Sequence record: MW384823.1
Reading direction: 5' to 3' (one strand)
Length of the DNA stretch: 64,000 bases
The stretch's first letter is position 1; the number at the start of each line of letters is the position of its first letter. Shown piece after piece: positions 5,779 to 14,143 of the stretch. The translations under genes and the position numbers were made by a program. The notes under the pieces were generated by a model. That model ran no database searches. It was not told the origin of the DNA and was given only the letters and a program-made list of their open reading frames with translations.

Positions 5779-5838
5779 CCCAGCCTTCGCAGAAAAAGCT
5801 TACCTGCATTAGCGGTCCCCTGCGGGGGTTGGGTACCA
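5779..5838 (+). ncRNA. RNA H: 14-bp stem RNA ending TA-CCA
   Basis: CCCAGCCTTCGCAG/CTGCGGGGGTTGGG then TACCA, then a T-rich tract ending the cluster. Confidence 0.5.
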
Positions 5839-5972
5839 CCTTTGTCCGTTTTGTTTTTTTCTCTTAATTGTCTGGCGATGATGGCGGGAACAAAACGGAT
5901 AAAGCCCTAGCGGGGGAAAAGCCGCTAACAACAACAGAAGCAGTAAAAACAGAAGTAAAAGCAGGAGTAGTT

Positions 5973-6785
5973 ATGTTTACTATCTTACGTAAAATCAATG
6001 GTAACCGCACACCAACCGAACACGAATCCCCAACGCTGGGTGATACGAAGTCACAAGTGTTCAAAGATGCGATGTCGCTTTTGACCGAATCCAATAACGT
6101 GCACAACTGCATGGATTCTGGGATGGATGCGAAGCCGTGGATTAACGGCAAACCCAAACCGATTGAAGAATGGGTAGAACGCTTTGAGAAAGTATTCGGT
6201 GCGACCGACGTAGACAACCAAGAGCTGGTTTCTCTGGTCAGTGAACTCGCACCGGGGATGTTTGATAAAGCGAATGCGCGTTTTGCCTCCGACTTTGGTC
6301 AGCTGCAAGAAGCCTTCCTGAAAGACACCGGACAAACCATCATCTGGAAATGTCCGAAAGGACTCCCGATTGATATCCAGTTCCAAGACATCCCCCGTCA
6401 GTCTGTTGAAACGCTCCACACAACTCTCGATTTCATCGAAGCTGGTGAATTGAAGTTTGCGGTGTTCAACAGCAAGGCGTTGTGGGATGGGTATAACTCC
6501 GCTGAACTGTTTGGCGGAGAAGCCACCGAGATTTCCTCGGTAGAACTCCAGCACGTTTACCATGACGATACGGCGATGCCGCAAGAAGCGGTACTGAAAG
6601 CCAGCCGTCGTGGTACCCGCACCATGGAACAGGTCATTGGGGTGCTTGCCTATGGCAGCTCCGAACAGCCTGACCCAACCACGGGCAATGTGCCGGTCAC
6701 CGTGATGACCTACGAGTTTATCTACCAAGGCGATGAAGTCTACATTACGAACCGCCACGGCAAGACTGTAGACTCCATCCGTTAA
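5973..6785 (+). CDS. hypothetical protein
   Basis: Start moved to ATG 5973 (GCAGGAG RBS); about 270 aa. Confidence 0.8.
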   Translation: MFTILRKINGNRTPTEHESPTLGDTKSQVFKDAMSLLTESNNVHNCMDSGMDAKPWINGKPKPIEEWVERFEKVFGATDVDNQELVSLVSELAPGMFDKANARFASDFGQLQEAFLKDTGQTIIWKCPKGLPIDIQFQDIPRQSVETLHTTLDFIEAGELKFAVFNSKALWDGYNSAELFGGEATEISSVELQHVYHDDTAMPQEAVLKASRRGTRTMEQVIGVLAYGSSEQPDPTTGNVPVTVMTYEFIYQGDEVYITNRHGKTVDSIR

Positions 6786-6887
6786 GCATTAGCATGCTCG
6801 CTAATACCCGCCCTGAGGATTGGCCTCCTCATGCTTGAAGGGCGACTCTCCTGTAGTACGCTTTGTAAGTCGACGTAAATCGGTACG

Positions 6888-6930
6888 CCCTCTCCCCGAA
6901 AAGGGAGAGGGTAGTATCGTATATTTTTTT
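6888..6930 (+). terminator. intrinsic terminator
   Basis: CCCTCTCCC/GGGAGAGGG stem, downstream T-run. Confidence 0.6.
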
Positions 6931-6935
6931 GGATA

Positions 6936-6951
6936 TATATTACCTAGGTGA
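6936..6951 (+). promoter_or_regulatory. phage early (virion RNAP)-type promoter
   Basis: TATATTACC-TAG-GTGA; matches phiKZ early consensus TATATTAC and five other copies here. Confidence 0.7.
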
Positions 6952-6999
6952 GATTAAACTATAATCTTAACCTACCATTAGACTTCCGAGGATAAACTT

Positions 7000-7983
7000 A
7001 TGCATTACGCACCAATGTCAGCACACGAAACCTTTGCCGCTCGTGGTTACAGCCCAGAAGAAGGTAAACGTATTCGCGGCTATCTACCCCGTCGCTTTGG
7101 CGATATCAGTAATGCGCTCCCTTTAACGAACGCAGAGTTCTGGCTGGCGTACGAGTGCATGAAGCACTACAACGATAACAGTCGTGAACGTGGACGTTTC
7201 TACGCCGCAGGCCCATTCAATTTCCAATCCAATGGAAAAGTCAACTACCGTTCTGAAAAACTCAACGAAGACTTCTCCATGGTGGAATTCATCCGCCACT
7301 TCGGTGATACGGTGTTCACTGACTTCGACGCTGAATTGGGCATGAAAGTTCCACGCACCAATGCAGACGGTTCGCTGGTCATGAAGAACCGTATGGTGGC
7401 CACTCGCTTAGTCGAGATCGAGAAACAGGCACAGCCGCAGTCCGAAGACTTTTCGAGCTGGCACACCACGAGCTGGATGAACTTCCCGGTCGGTTCACTC
7501 TCCTTACCACCGACGGGTAGCATCACGCCTGAAACGGTATTGATGGCAAGCCTACACGGTATGATGGCGCAGGAGTATGTTAATACCCAAGCTGGGCGTA
7601 TGCTGCACCCGACTCTCGATTACAAGTGGGTTGCGACTTACGTGTACCTGAAGCGGTTGTACCATGCGCGTGACCGCCAGTTCGGTCAAGACTATCATGG
7701 TATCCGTAGCACCATTGAGATGAATCTGCGCTTCCGTACAAGTACCGCCATGTACCCAAGTGATGTCATGACGCCGCCGCACTTCTTCCACATCGATGCG
7801 GATCGTGTTATGTCTGCAAACGGTATTCTGAACCACCCACGTTTACACAATACGAAACCTATGGGCTTTTATGAGTCCCTGTATCGCTTCAACAACAACG
7901 GCCATGTTGCTGCCATTACAACCATTCCTACTGAACTTTTCAATGAGTACAGCGAAGAAGAATGGAAAGCAGTTTTAGCATAA
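7000..7983 (+). CDS. hypothetical protein (putative early gene)
   Basis: 327 aa ORF, GAGGA RBS, downstream of early promoter motif. Confidence 0.8.
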   Translation: MHYAPMSAHETFAARGYSPEEGKRIRGYLPRRFGDISNALPLTNAEFWLAYECMKHYNDNSRERGRFYAAGPFNFQSNGKVNYRSEKLNEDFSMVEFIRHFGDTVFTDFDAELGMKVPRTNADGSLVMKNRMVATRLVEIEKQAQPQSEDFSSWHTTSWMNFPVGSLSLPPTGSITPETVLMASLHGMMAQEYVNTQAGRMLHPTLDYKWVATYVYLKRLYHARDRQFGQDYHGIRSTIEMNLRFRTSTAMYPSDVMTPPHFFHIDADRVMSANGILNHPRLHNTKPMGFYESLYRFNNNGHVAAITTIPTELFNEYSEEEWKAVLA

Positions 7984-8054
7984 CCTCAAAGCGGGATTAA
8001 AACCCCGCTTTATTTTTTTACTTGAATACCTGATTTATATAGGAGGGTAACATC

Positions 8055-8495
8055 ATGAAATCTAATCTAGCTTATAACTTCAATGTCACACCGTTTTATC
8101 AACCCGTCGATATGATCCGTGCATTAACCAATGGTTATTTGCCGGAAACCTTTATCCCAAAAGGTCGTTACGACGAGATGTTGTTGGACACGGTTCTCCC
8201 GACTGTCCTTAACATGCCGATGTTCCGTGAGTTTTCTTCTAATCTCACCTACCAAGGCGGAACCGCTTTCCGCAAAGGTGACGATGTGCCGGTGATTACC
8301 ACCACGTACAATATTTCGCGGGCCGAAGCAAACGCCATGATGCGTGACCCAGATGTCTTCTTCCGTTTCCTGACATCGATGGGTGAAGCATTGGAAAAGC
8401 GTGCCCTGCCATTAGAGGAAATCTTTGCAGTTCTCCTCGATGCCATCTGTGCCAGCGACTACGCTATGTTCCACAACATGGGTAGTCTGCACTAA
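8055..8495 (+). CDS. hypothetical protein
   Basis: 146 aa, AGGAGG RBS. Confidence 0.85.
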   Translation: MKSNLAYNFNVTPFYQPVDMIRALTNGYLPETFIPKGRYDEMLLDTVLPTVLNMPMFREFSSNLTYQGGTAFRKGDDVPVITTTYNISRAEANAMMRDPDVFFRFLTSMGEALEKRALPLEEIFAVLLDAICASDYAMFHNMGSLH

Positions 8496-8561
8496 AAATT
8501 ACGCCAGAGTCCCTCCCTATAGGGAATCTGTGCCTGTATAGATTCCAATAGGAGATGAACC

Positions 8562-8948
8562 ATGAAGACGACACTGCGTCCGATGGACGTGATTCTCGCT
8601 CACCCCGACACGCTCAGTAAAATCGCACCCCAGTCAGAACTCGACCGCCGTTTATTAGAAAGCCTAGAATGGGGATTTACTCTCCACCCAGATGAGGTTT
8701 CCAACACACGCGTTCTTGATGTGTCTGACAGTGTGGTGATTGACTGGACAGAGCGTGAAGGATGTGACGATGTGCGAGAGTACGTGGCGCAAGCGACGGT
8801 ACCTCCACGCGTACCCATCGCTGGACTGGCTGAACACACCATTTCTCTGCGCCGTTTATGCAACGCTCAAGACGAGATTGTTCGCAATGGTGAAGCGTGG
8901 AGCTATGGTACCGCCAGTCACCTGAAGAACGTGCTGCTTCAGGCGTAA
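8562..8948 (+). CDS. hypothetical protein
   Basis: 128 aa, AGGAG RBS. Confidence 0.85.
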   Translation: MKTTLRPMDVILAHPDTLSKIAPQSELDRRLLESLEWGFTLHPDEVSNTRVLDVSDSVVIDWTEREGCDDVREYVAQATVPPRVPIAGLAEHTISLRRLCNAQDEIVRNGEAWSYGTASHLKNVLLQA

Positions 8949-9001
8949 AAAAGAAAAGAAGATAACCCCTGCATCGGCAGGGGTTGGTCTTTCTTTTTTT
9001 T
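8947..9001. terminator. bidirectional intrinsic terminator
   Basis: A-tract, AACCCCTGC-ATCG-GCAGGGGTT, T-tract between convergent genes. Confidence 0.85.
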
Positions 9002-9003
9002 GT

Positions 9004-9816
9004 CTACGATTTGAAACGACCACCGGACATGTAGTTGTAACGGTTGCCGATGTCGTCGTTGTGAACCAGCGCACGTTTCATTGCAGGTAGGGTGTCGTCG
9101 AACATCTGACCGGCATCCGAATACCCTTCCACTACGTTACGGAAGGCACCGAACTCCATACCGTTCTCAATCTTACCGGAATCCATATCGAAGATGAGTT
9201 GGTTATAGATGTACTGCTTGGTGGCAAAGACCGCCAAGTCTGCCACGCGTGGGTAGAACGGCGTCTTGATTTCGTTCAGTTCTTCACTGAGCTTATACAT
9301 GATCGCAATCTTCGTAGCGTAGACAAACATACCGGGGTCTTTAATCTTGATGGTGTTCGGCCCCAACACCCGTACCTCAGGAGAACTGATGCGCGGTAAG
9401 GCAGAGTTCGAATCAACCACTAATTGCGTCGCGGCGAGCGCACCGGTGGTGGCCCCATCCAGATACGAGCCCGCAGGCGGGAGTGTATACGCCTGACCGG
9501 CCACCGGCGTGACTGCGATGTGCGCTTCGAGGATTTCGCGGCCACCCGTTTTAAATTCATCGATGTGGTAAATGCGCGAGTAGTAGTCTTCCGTATCGTT
9601 CTCATAGGGCAACCCCTGCAAGTCAAGTTCGGTATATTGCCCCATACGGGACACTTCGGGAATCACATACTCACGAATCACTTTATCCATGATTTCGTTT
9701 TCAATGCTACTGGCTACGCCCAACATCCGGAGGTTCTCTGGTGTAAAGGCGACTTTCAGCAGCGGTAAAGGAATGTCTCGCCGTATTTTGCGGAGACAAT
9801 AATCTATCACGTTCAT
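9004..9816 (-). CDS. conserved phiKZ-like phage protein (possibly virion-associated)
   Basis: 270 aa ORF with GGAG RBS; function not recognised. Confidence 0.8.
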   Translation of the reverse strand: MNVIDYCLRKIRRDIPLPLLKVAFTPENLRMLGVASSIENEIMDKVIREYVIPEVSRMGQYTELDLQGLPYENDTEDYYSRIYHIDEFKTGGREILEAHIAVTPVAGQAYTLPPAGSYLDGATTGALAATQLVVDSNSALPRISSPEVRVLGPNTIKIKDPGMFVYATKIAIMYKLSEELNEIKTPFYPRVADLAVFATKQYIYNQLIFDMDSGKIENGMEFGAFRNVVEGYSDAGQMFDDTLPAMKRALVHNDDIGNRYNYMSGGRFKS

Positions 9817-9938
9817 TTTGGGCTCCAGAGTGGCGTTAGGCAGCTTTCATAGCATGGGTAGTGGGGTAGGATAGGTTACACTAAAAAATACGCTATATGG
9901 CTATTATGTGCGTACCACAGTCTAATTAATTTGACATA

Positions 9939-9954
9939 GATATTATCTTTGTGA
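9939..9954 (+). promoter_or_regulatory. early-type promoter
   Basis: GATATTATC-TTT-GTGA. Confidence 0.7.
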
Positions 9955-9978
9955 CGAAACCATAAGGAGTATCTACTC

Positions 9979-10251
9979 ATGACGCGGGTGTTCTTTGAAC
10001 TGAACTTGAAAACCAAGCGCGGTTACATCGGTCCCCACTGGATTATCATCAACGCAATTCAAGAACTCATCTTTCCGGGAACGTTTAACCTCGATAAACC
10101 GTTACTGGATAGGGCCGAGGAGTATTTCGGTACGGATGCTTGGTACATGATTGCGAAGTTGGGTCCGAACCACCGTCATCCATTTATTTACCACAACGGG
10201 GTTGTAGAAACATGGTCAAGCTATACATCAAACCAGCTGATGTGCATGTAA
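9979..10251 (+). CDS. hypothetical protein
   Basis: 90 aa, AAGGAG RBS. Confidence 0.8.
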   Translation: MTRVFFELNLKTKRGYIGPHWIIINAIQELIFPGTFNLDKPLLDRAEEYFGTDAWYMIAKLGPNHRHPFIYHNGVVETWSSYTSNQLMCM

Positions 10252-10865
10252 GCTTTTGGGGTGAGGCAGACAAGACGCCGTATGTGCAAGCATTACGCAT
10301 GTCTGAGATGCAACGTCAGGAAGTGACAGTGCAGCTCCTCCACACCGCATTAGAACACATCTTCCTTTCTCTCGAGGAGATGCCTTTTGCCCAGCTGCAT
10401 GACCACCTTGAGAAGTATGTTGATCAGGTGTTGCTGCATAAGCTCCTGCATCAAGACAAGAAGATGGAAGAACCCGAAGTCATTCGCGGGCGAACCCGTA
10501 TTGTAACCGAAACCGTGTTCGGTAACGACATCCTCGATACCCGACTGGTTGACCGTGTTGTTTACGCAACCATCCGTGAACTGATTGATGTGGCGTTCGG
10601 TGAAATCTTCAACAAGTTCGTTGACCAGATTGAATCGATGATTGAAGAATCGTGCAAGGTGTGCAAACGCAAGTTCAACCGTTATGCGATTGTGACCATC
10701 ACACCGCATCTGGGTGTTCGTGCGAAGCTTGTTTGTTTGGAACTCGAACTGGGCGAAGATATCCGACATGTCTACTTCAATCAACGTTTCCCGACCGGGC
10801 GGTATTGTTCAGATAACGATGATAAAATTCGTGACCTGCAAAGCTTACTTCCGAATATTGGCTGA
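10212..10865 (+). CDS. hypothetical protein
   Basis: Likely start MVKLYIKP inside ORF 10140..10865; start coordinate approximate. Confidence 0.7.
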   Translation: MVKLYIKPADVHVSFWGEADKTPYVQALRMSEMQRQEVTVQLLHTALEHIFLSLEEMPFAQLHDHLEKYVDQVLLHKLLHQDKKMEEPEVIRGRTRIVTETVFGNDILDTRLVDRVVYATIRELIDVAFGEIFNKFVDQIESMIEESCKVCKRKFNRYAIVTITPHLGVRAKLVCLELELGEDIRHVYFNQRFPTGRYCSDNDDKIRDLQSLLPNIG

Positions 10866-11187
10866 AGAAGAAGGGCTCAGCGGTTATGATGTGCAGGTCT
10901 TGCTCAAGGATATTATCCTCGACCTGTTCAACTATCTGTTGTCGGGCTTTAATCCCACGGGTTCATGGGATGGTACTGCGGTGACAGTCATTGTGCGTGC
11001 TACGCGCCCAAAGACGACAACCCACCAGGCCAACAACTGGGCACGTCATGTTCGCCGAGCAATCTGCGAAGAACTGAACGTTCCCGCCAAAGGGTATCGG
11101 TTATGGTTGAATGTAACCGATGAGTATATCCGTTTTATCCCGTATAAGGATCAGGAGTATGAAAACGCTTTACTTCGAGTTTCCTGA
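10819..11187 (+). CDS. hypothetical protein
   Basis: Likely start MIKFVTCK inside ORF 10714..11187. Confidence 0.65.
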   Translation: MIKFVTCKAYFRILAEEEGLSGYDVQVLLKDIILDLFNYLLSGFNPTGSWDGTAVTVIVRATRPKTTTHQANNWARHVRRAICEELNVPAKGYRLWLNVTDEYIRFIPYKDQEYENALLRVS

Positions 11188-11548
11188 AACTTATCGCGAG
11201 ATTAATCGGGTGCTCGAGAAATTTACAAATAAAAACTATTTTGATGACCCGGATATCATCGACCATTATATCGAGATGCTTGTCCGCATGGAAACCCATC
11301 GGCGTTTGTACAACGCGGATATCGGTTCCCTGAAAAAGTGGATGCGCAGTGAGATTATTCGGTGGCCGGTTTCTGACGACTACTTCTCCAATAACACGGT
11401 GCAGTTATACATTATTGAGTCTTCGGATCTTTGGGCTGCGATAGACAAAGAGATGACCATCACGCCTAATCCCGACTTCATCATGTGGCATGTCGAGCGG
11501 GGTGTGTGGAAAATGATCACTTCAGGAGTCAACCTTTATGCTAAGTAA
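11159..11548 (+). CDS. hypothetical protein
   Basis: Start MKTLYFEF with CAGGAG RBS. Confidence 0.8.
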   Translation: MKTLYFEFPETYREINRVLEKFTNKNYFDDPDIIDHYIEMLVRMETHRRLYNADIGSLKKWMRSEIIRWPVSDDYFSNNTVQLYIIESSDLWAAIDKEMTITPNPDFIMWHVERGVWKMITSGVNLYAK

Positions 11549-12044
11549 CACCTATTGCCTCATTCCCGATTACCAAGAGGTGGCGGGGCCGTTAACCGAG
11601 TTTGACCCTGCATCCATTCTCCGCGAAGTCAACGAAGACATGAACACGATTATCAATCGTGCGTTTACGTTTGTTGAAACCGGGCATTTGGACAGTGGGT
11701 TAGAGTTCAGCATGAAGAACACGTTCAACTATGTGGCGACTGAGCTGTCTACGCGTGGGATTGTGTTGGATAACGACTCGACTGTGGTTTATGCGAACGC
11801 TATTCAGAATGTTGGTAAAGCATTCATGGTGGCAATTTCTTCATCCCCTTACTGGTTCACCCGTTACGGTAAGTGGGTTGGTGCGCGTTATAGCCCAACG
11901 TGTATCGGTGGGGTCGATGTGTACCTTGACCACAACCAGCACAAGTTACCGCAGTTTGAATCTGCTGAGCAGTATCAGGCCATCACGCCGCGCTTACTGA
12001 CAGTGGTCGATATGCTGATCGGTAATCTCGGGGGTCGCCTATGA
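11538..12044 (+). CDS. hypothetical protein
   Basis: 168 aa, CAGGAG RBS, overlapping operon. Confidence 0.8.
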   Translation: MLSNTYCLIPDYQEVAGPLTEFDPASILREVNEDMNTIINRAFTFVETGHLDSGLEFSMKNTFNYVATELSTRGIVLDNDSTVVYANAIQNVGKAFMVAISSSPYWFTRYGKWVGARYSPTCIGGVDVYLDHNQHKLPQFESAEQYQAITPRLLTVVDMLIGNLGGRL

Positions 12045-12613
12045 AGGTCTTTTACGATGTGTCTGCACGGGTTGTAGAGTTCGGGGCTACTCGCTTCTAT
12101 GAACACATCCGTGAGCACATCTCCGCGATACTGACGGAGTGCCAGTTAGAGGTGACGAATGAAACCGTCGATAATCTCTACCATCTCTATCAGCGTTACG
12201 CCATGGCATACGTCATTGGGGTGACAACGCGGGATGCCGGTAAGTTCATTGAACATTTGGTTGATGAGTTTGCCGAAGGGGATGACGACAGTTATGCTCT
12301 AGAAACTGATCGCTCCGGCCTTGAGCTTCGTCAACAGGGATTTCTGCTTGACCGTGCGTTCGAAGATATCGTGGTGGATGAGTTACCGCGCGTCTCGTCG
12401 ATGGTTGCGCAATTCCCCGGCTGTTCGGGTCCGCAAGAGGAGCATGAAAAAGCGATCAACATGGCCGCCGCTTTGTTCTTAGATGAAACCAGCATAGAAC
12501 TGATGGGCCTAGCCAGCGTTATCGGTTCTGTGTGTCCGGGGAAATATATTGAACACTACGGCGATGACTTTAAAGGGTTAGTGGTGGTTTGCGAGCATGA
12601 AACTATACTTTGA
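12041..12613 (+). CDS. hypothetical protein
   Basis: 190 aa, ATGA coupling. Confidence 0.8.
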   Translation: MKVFYDVSARVVEFGATRFYEHIREHISAILTECQLEVTNETVDNLYHLYQRYAMAYVIGVTTRDAGKFIEHLVDEFAEGDDDSYALETDRSGLELRQQGFLLDRAFEDIVVDELPRVSSMVAQFPGCSGPQEEHEKAINMAAALFLDETSIELMGLASVIGSVCPGKYIEHYGDDFKGLVVVCEHETIL

Positions 12614-13031
12614 CCTCAATGATATCTGCGATGTCCCCGCGATGCTTGACCGGGTCAACCAAGACAATAGTCGCTTCACAGGCGACTCGGCAAAAGCGTT
12701 TTACGCATTCACTGCGATGTATGCAGCCTACACGCTCCGGGCGATTATCAACGGAGCCTCAGGAAATAACTTTGTTACTTATGTACCCGTTAAGGCCGCC
12801 AAAGTGTTTTCACAGATGACCAGTGTGTGGTCTCATGACACAATCATCGACCTGCGTGTGTGTTTTGACACGATTGACATGGATAACGTGGTGCGCTTTA
12901 ACAATGTGATTGCTACCGTGGACCATGCGTTGTTAAGCGAGGGCAAAACGTTCGAATCAATAAAAGACGCCAGTCACATACACATCGACCTGACAAACCC
13001 ACAGGGGACGGTGGTGTGTCTGGAGTGTTAA
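12597..13031 (+). CDS. hypothetical protein
   Basis: 144 aa, overlapping operon. Confidence 0.75.
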   Translation: MKLYFDLNDICDVPAMLDRVNQDNSRFTGDSAKAFYAFTAMYAAYTLRAIINGASGNNFVTYVPVKAAKVFSQMTSVWSHDTIIDLRVCFDTIDMDNVVRFNNVIATVDHALLSEGKTFESIKDASHIHIDLTNPQGTVVCLEC

Positions 13032-13040
13032 GGAGTTGCG

Positions 13041-13637
13041 ATGGTCTACAAAGTGGTAGCCTACCACACTTGGAGCATGCATTTGGGTGTGGTGGAGTAT
13101 CTGACCGGCAGTGAGACGTTTTCAGAACTGGTGACACGAACTGTTGAGTCGTTCCCCAAGATGAAGATTGCACTCCCCGTAGGTCCGTTGGAAGAAGACG
13201 CGATCTTCGCCGCGTTGCACAATACCATGCCCTCCTACCTCCAAGCCTTTATGCTCACTATGACACGGGCCGAAGAATCCCACGTTAAGAGCTTCCTGAA
13301 ATCGCTCGATAAAGAATATCGGCGTTGGAAGTTTGGCACGGAAATGGATTCCGGTTCGGTTGACGGTGTGCTGGAAGATTTGGTTCCGCTGATTAAGCTC
13401 TACAAAGCAAACAATGCCGAAGGGGCGACCGTAACCAAGACCTTGTTGGATTACTCGGTTGAGACGCTGGCACAGTTCTTTGCTGGGGCGATTGTGGAAG
13501 AGTTCCGTGAAGCAGTGGATATGTTCCTGACGTGTCATCACGGTAAGGTGCAGTCCCTGAACGTGGTGCTGGACTTCCCACAGTGTCAGTATAACCTCAT
13601 GGGTATGAGGCTAATAATTGATGTGTCGGAGGAATGA
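13041..13637 (+). CDS. hypothetical protein
   Basis: 198 aa, AAGGAG RBS. Confidence 0.8.
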   Translation: MVYKVVAYHTWSMHLGVVEYLTGSETFSELVTRTVESFPKMKIALPVGPLEEDAIFAALHNTMPSYLQAFMLTMTRAEESHVKSFLKSLDKEYRRWKFGTEMDSGSVDGVLEDLVPLIKLYKANNAEGATVTKTLLDYSVETLAQFFAGAIVEEFREAVDMFLTCHHGKVQSLNVVLDFPQCQYNLMGMRLIIDVSEE

Positions 13638-14041
13638 TGTTTGACGTGAAGAGTCTGGAGGAGGGGAGCATCGTAAACATCGTTTATGATACCCCGATGC
13701 TTCAACCCGAAACGCGTGTGACGGTGTTGGGAACCTGTGGCTATGAAATGGCCCGCAGTATTGAAGATGTGACGGTGAAGCAGAAGAATATCTTCTCAAC
13801 CATCGTCTCCCAACCAGAGAACAACGTAGCGAAGTATCGCTACCTGATGTTCAAAGGGGCGGACGGCAAAGCCCATGTGGCTGCCGATGCGTGGATTCGT
13901 AGTGTGTCGGTTATCAAGAACCTCCAAGTGCGGTTCATGACAATCGTGGACAACCGTGAGGAGATTGATTTAATCACCAAAGCGTTGGCCGACCGAGGCA
14001 TTAACGACGTCACGTTTGAAATCGTTGACAACACCAACTGA
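13634..14041 (+). CDS. conserved small beta-rich protein upstream of DNA polymerase
   Basis: 135 aa, GGAGG RBS, followed by terminator. Confidence 0.8.
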   Translation: MMFDVKSLEEGSIVNIVYDTPMLQPETRVTVLGTCGYEMARSIEDVTVKQKNIFSTIVSQPENNVAKYRYLMFKGADGKAHVAADAWIRSVSVIKNLQVRFMTIVDNREEIDLITKALADRGINDVTFEIVDNTN

Positions 14042-14046
14042 ATACT

Positions 14047-14079
14047 CTCCTCGCTTCGGCGGGGAGGTTATTTTTTTTT
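14047..14079 (+). terminator. intrinsic terminator
   Basis: CTCCTCGC-TTCG-GCGGGGAG plus T9. Confidence 0.85.
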
Positions 14080-14143
14080 GATCTTTTTTCACGTCAGTGG
14101 GTAATGTTATAGATGAAGATCCCGCGACCCACAGGAGTACAGC

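Noticed and set aside
3001-5860. CRISPR array or mini-array
   Set aside because: No regularly spaced identical repeats; recurring elements are tRNA-type ends and spacers
3806-5910. Multiple ORFs on both strands over the tRNA cluster (e.g. 3999..4301, 4651..5007, 5014..5436, 5641..5910)
   Set aside because: They translate tRNA and ncRNA sequence; spurious
5868-5972. 35-codon N-terminal extension of ORF 5868..6785
   Set aside because: TTG start without RBS; strong GCAGGAG RBS at ATG 5973
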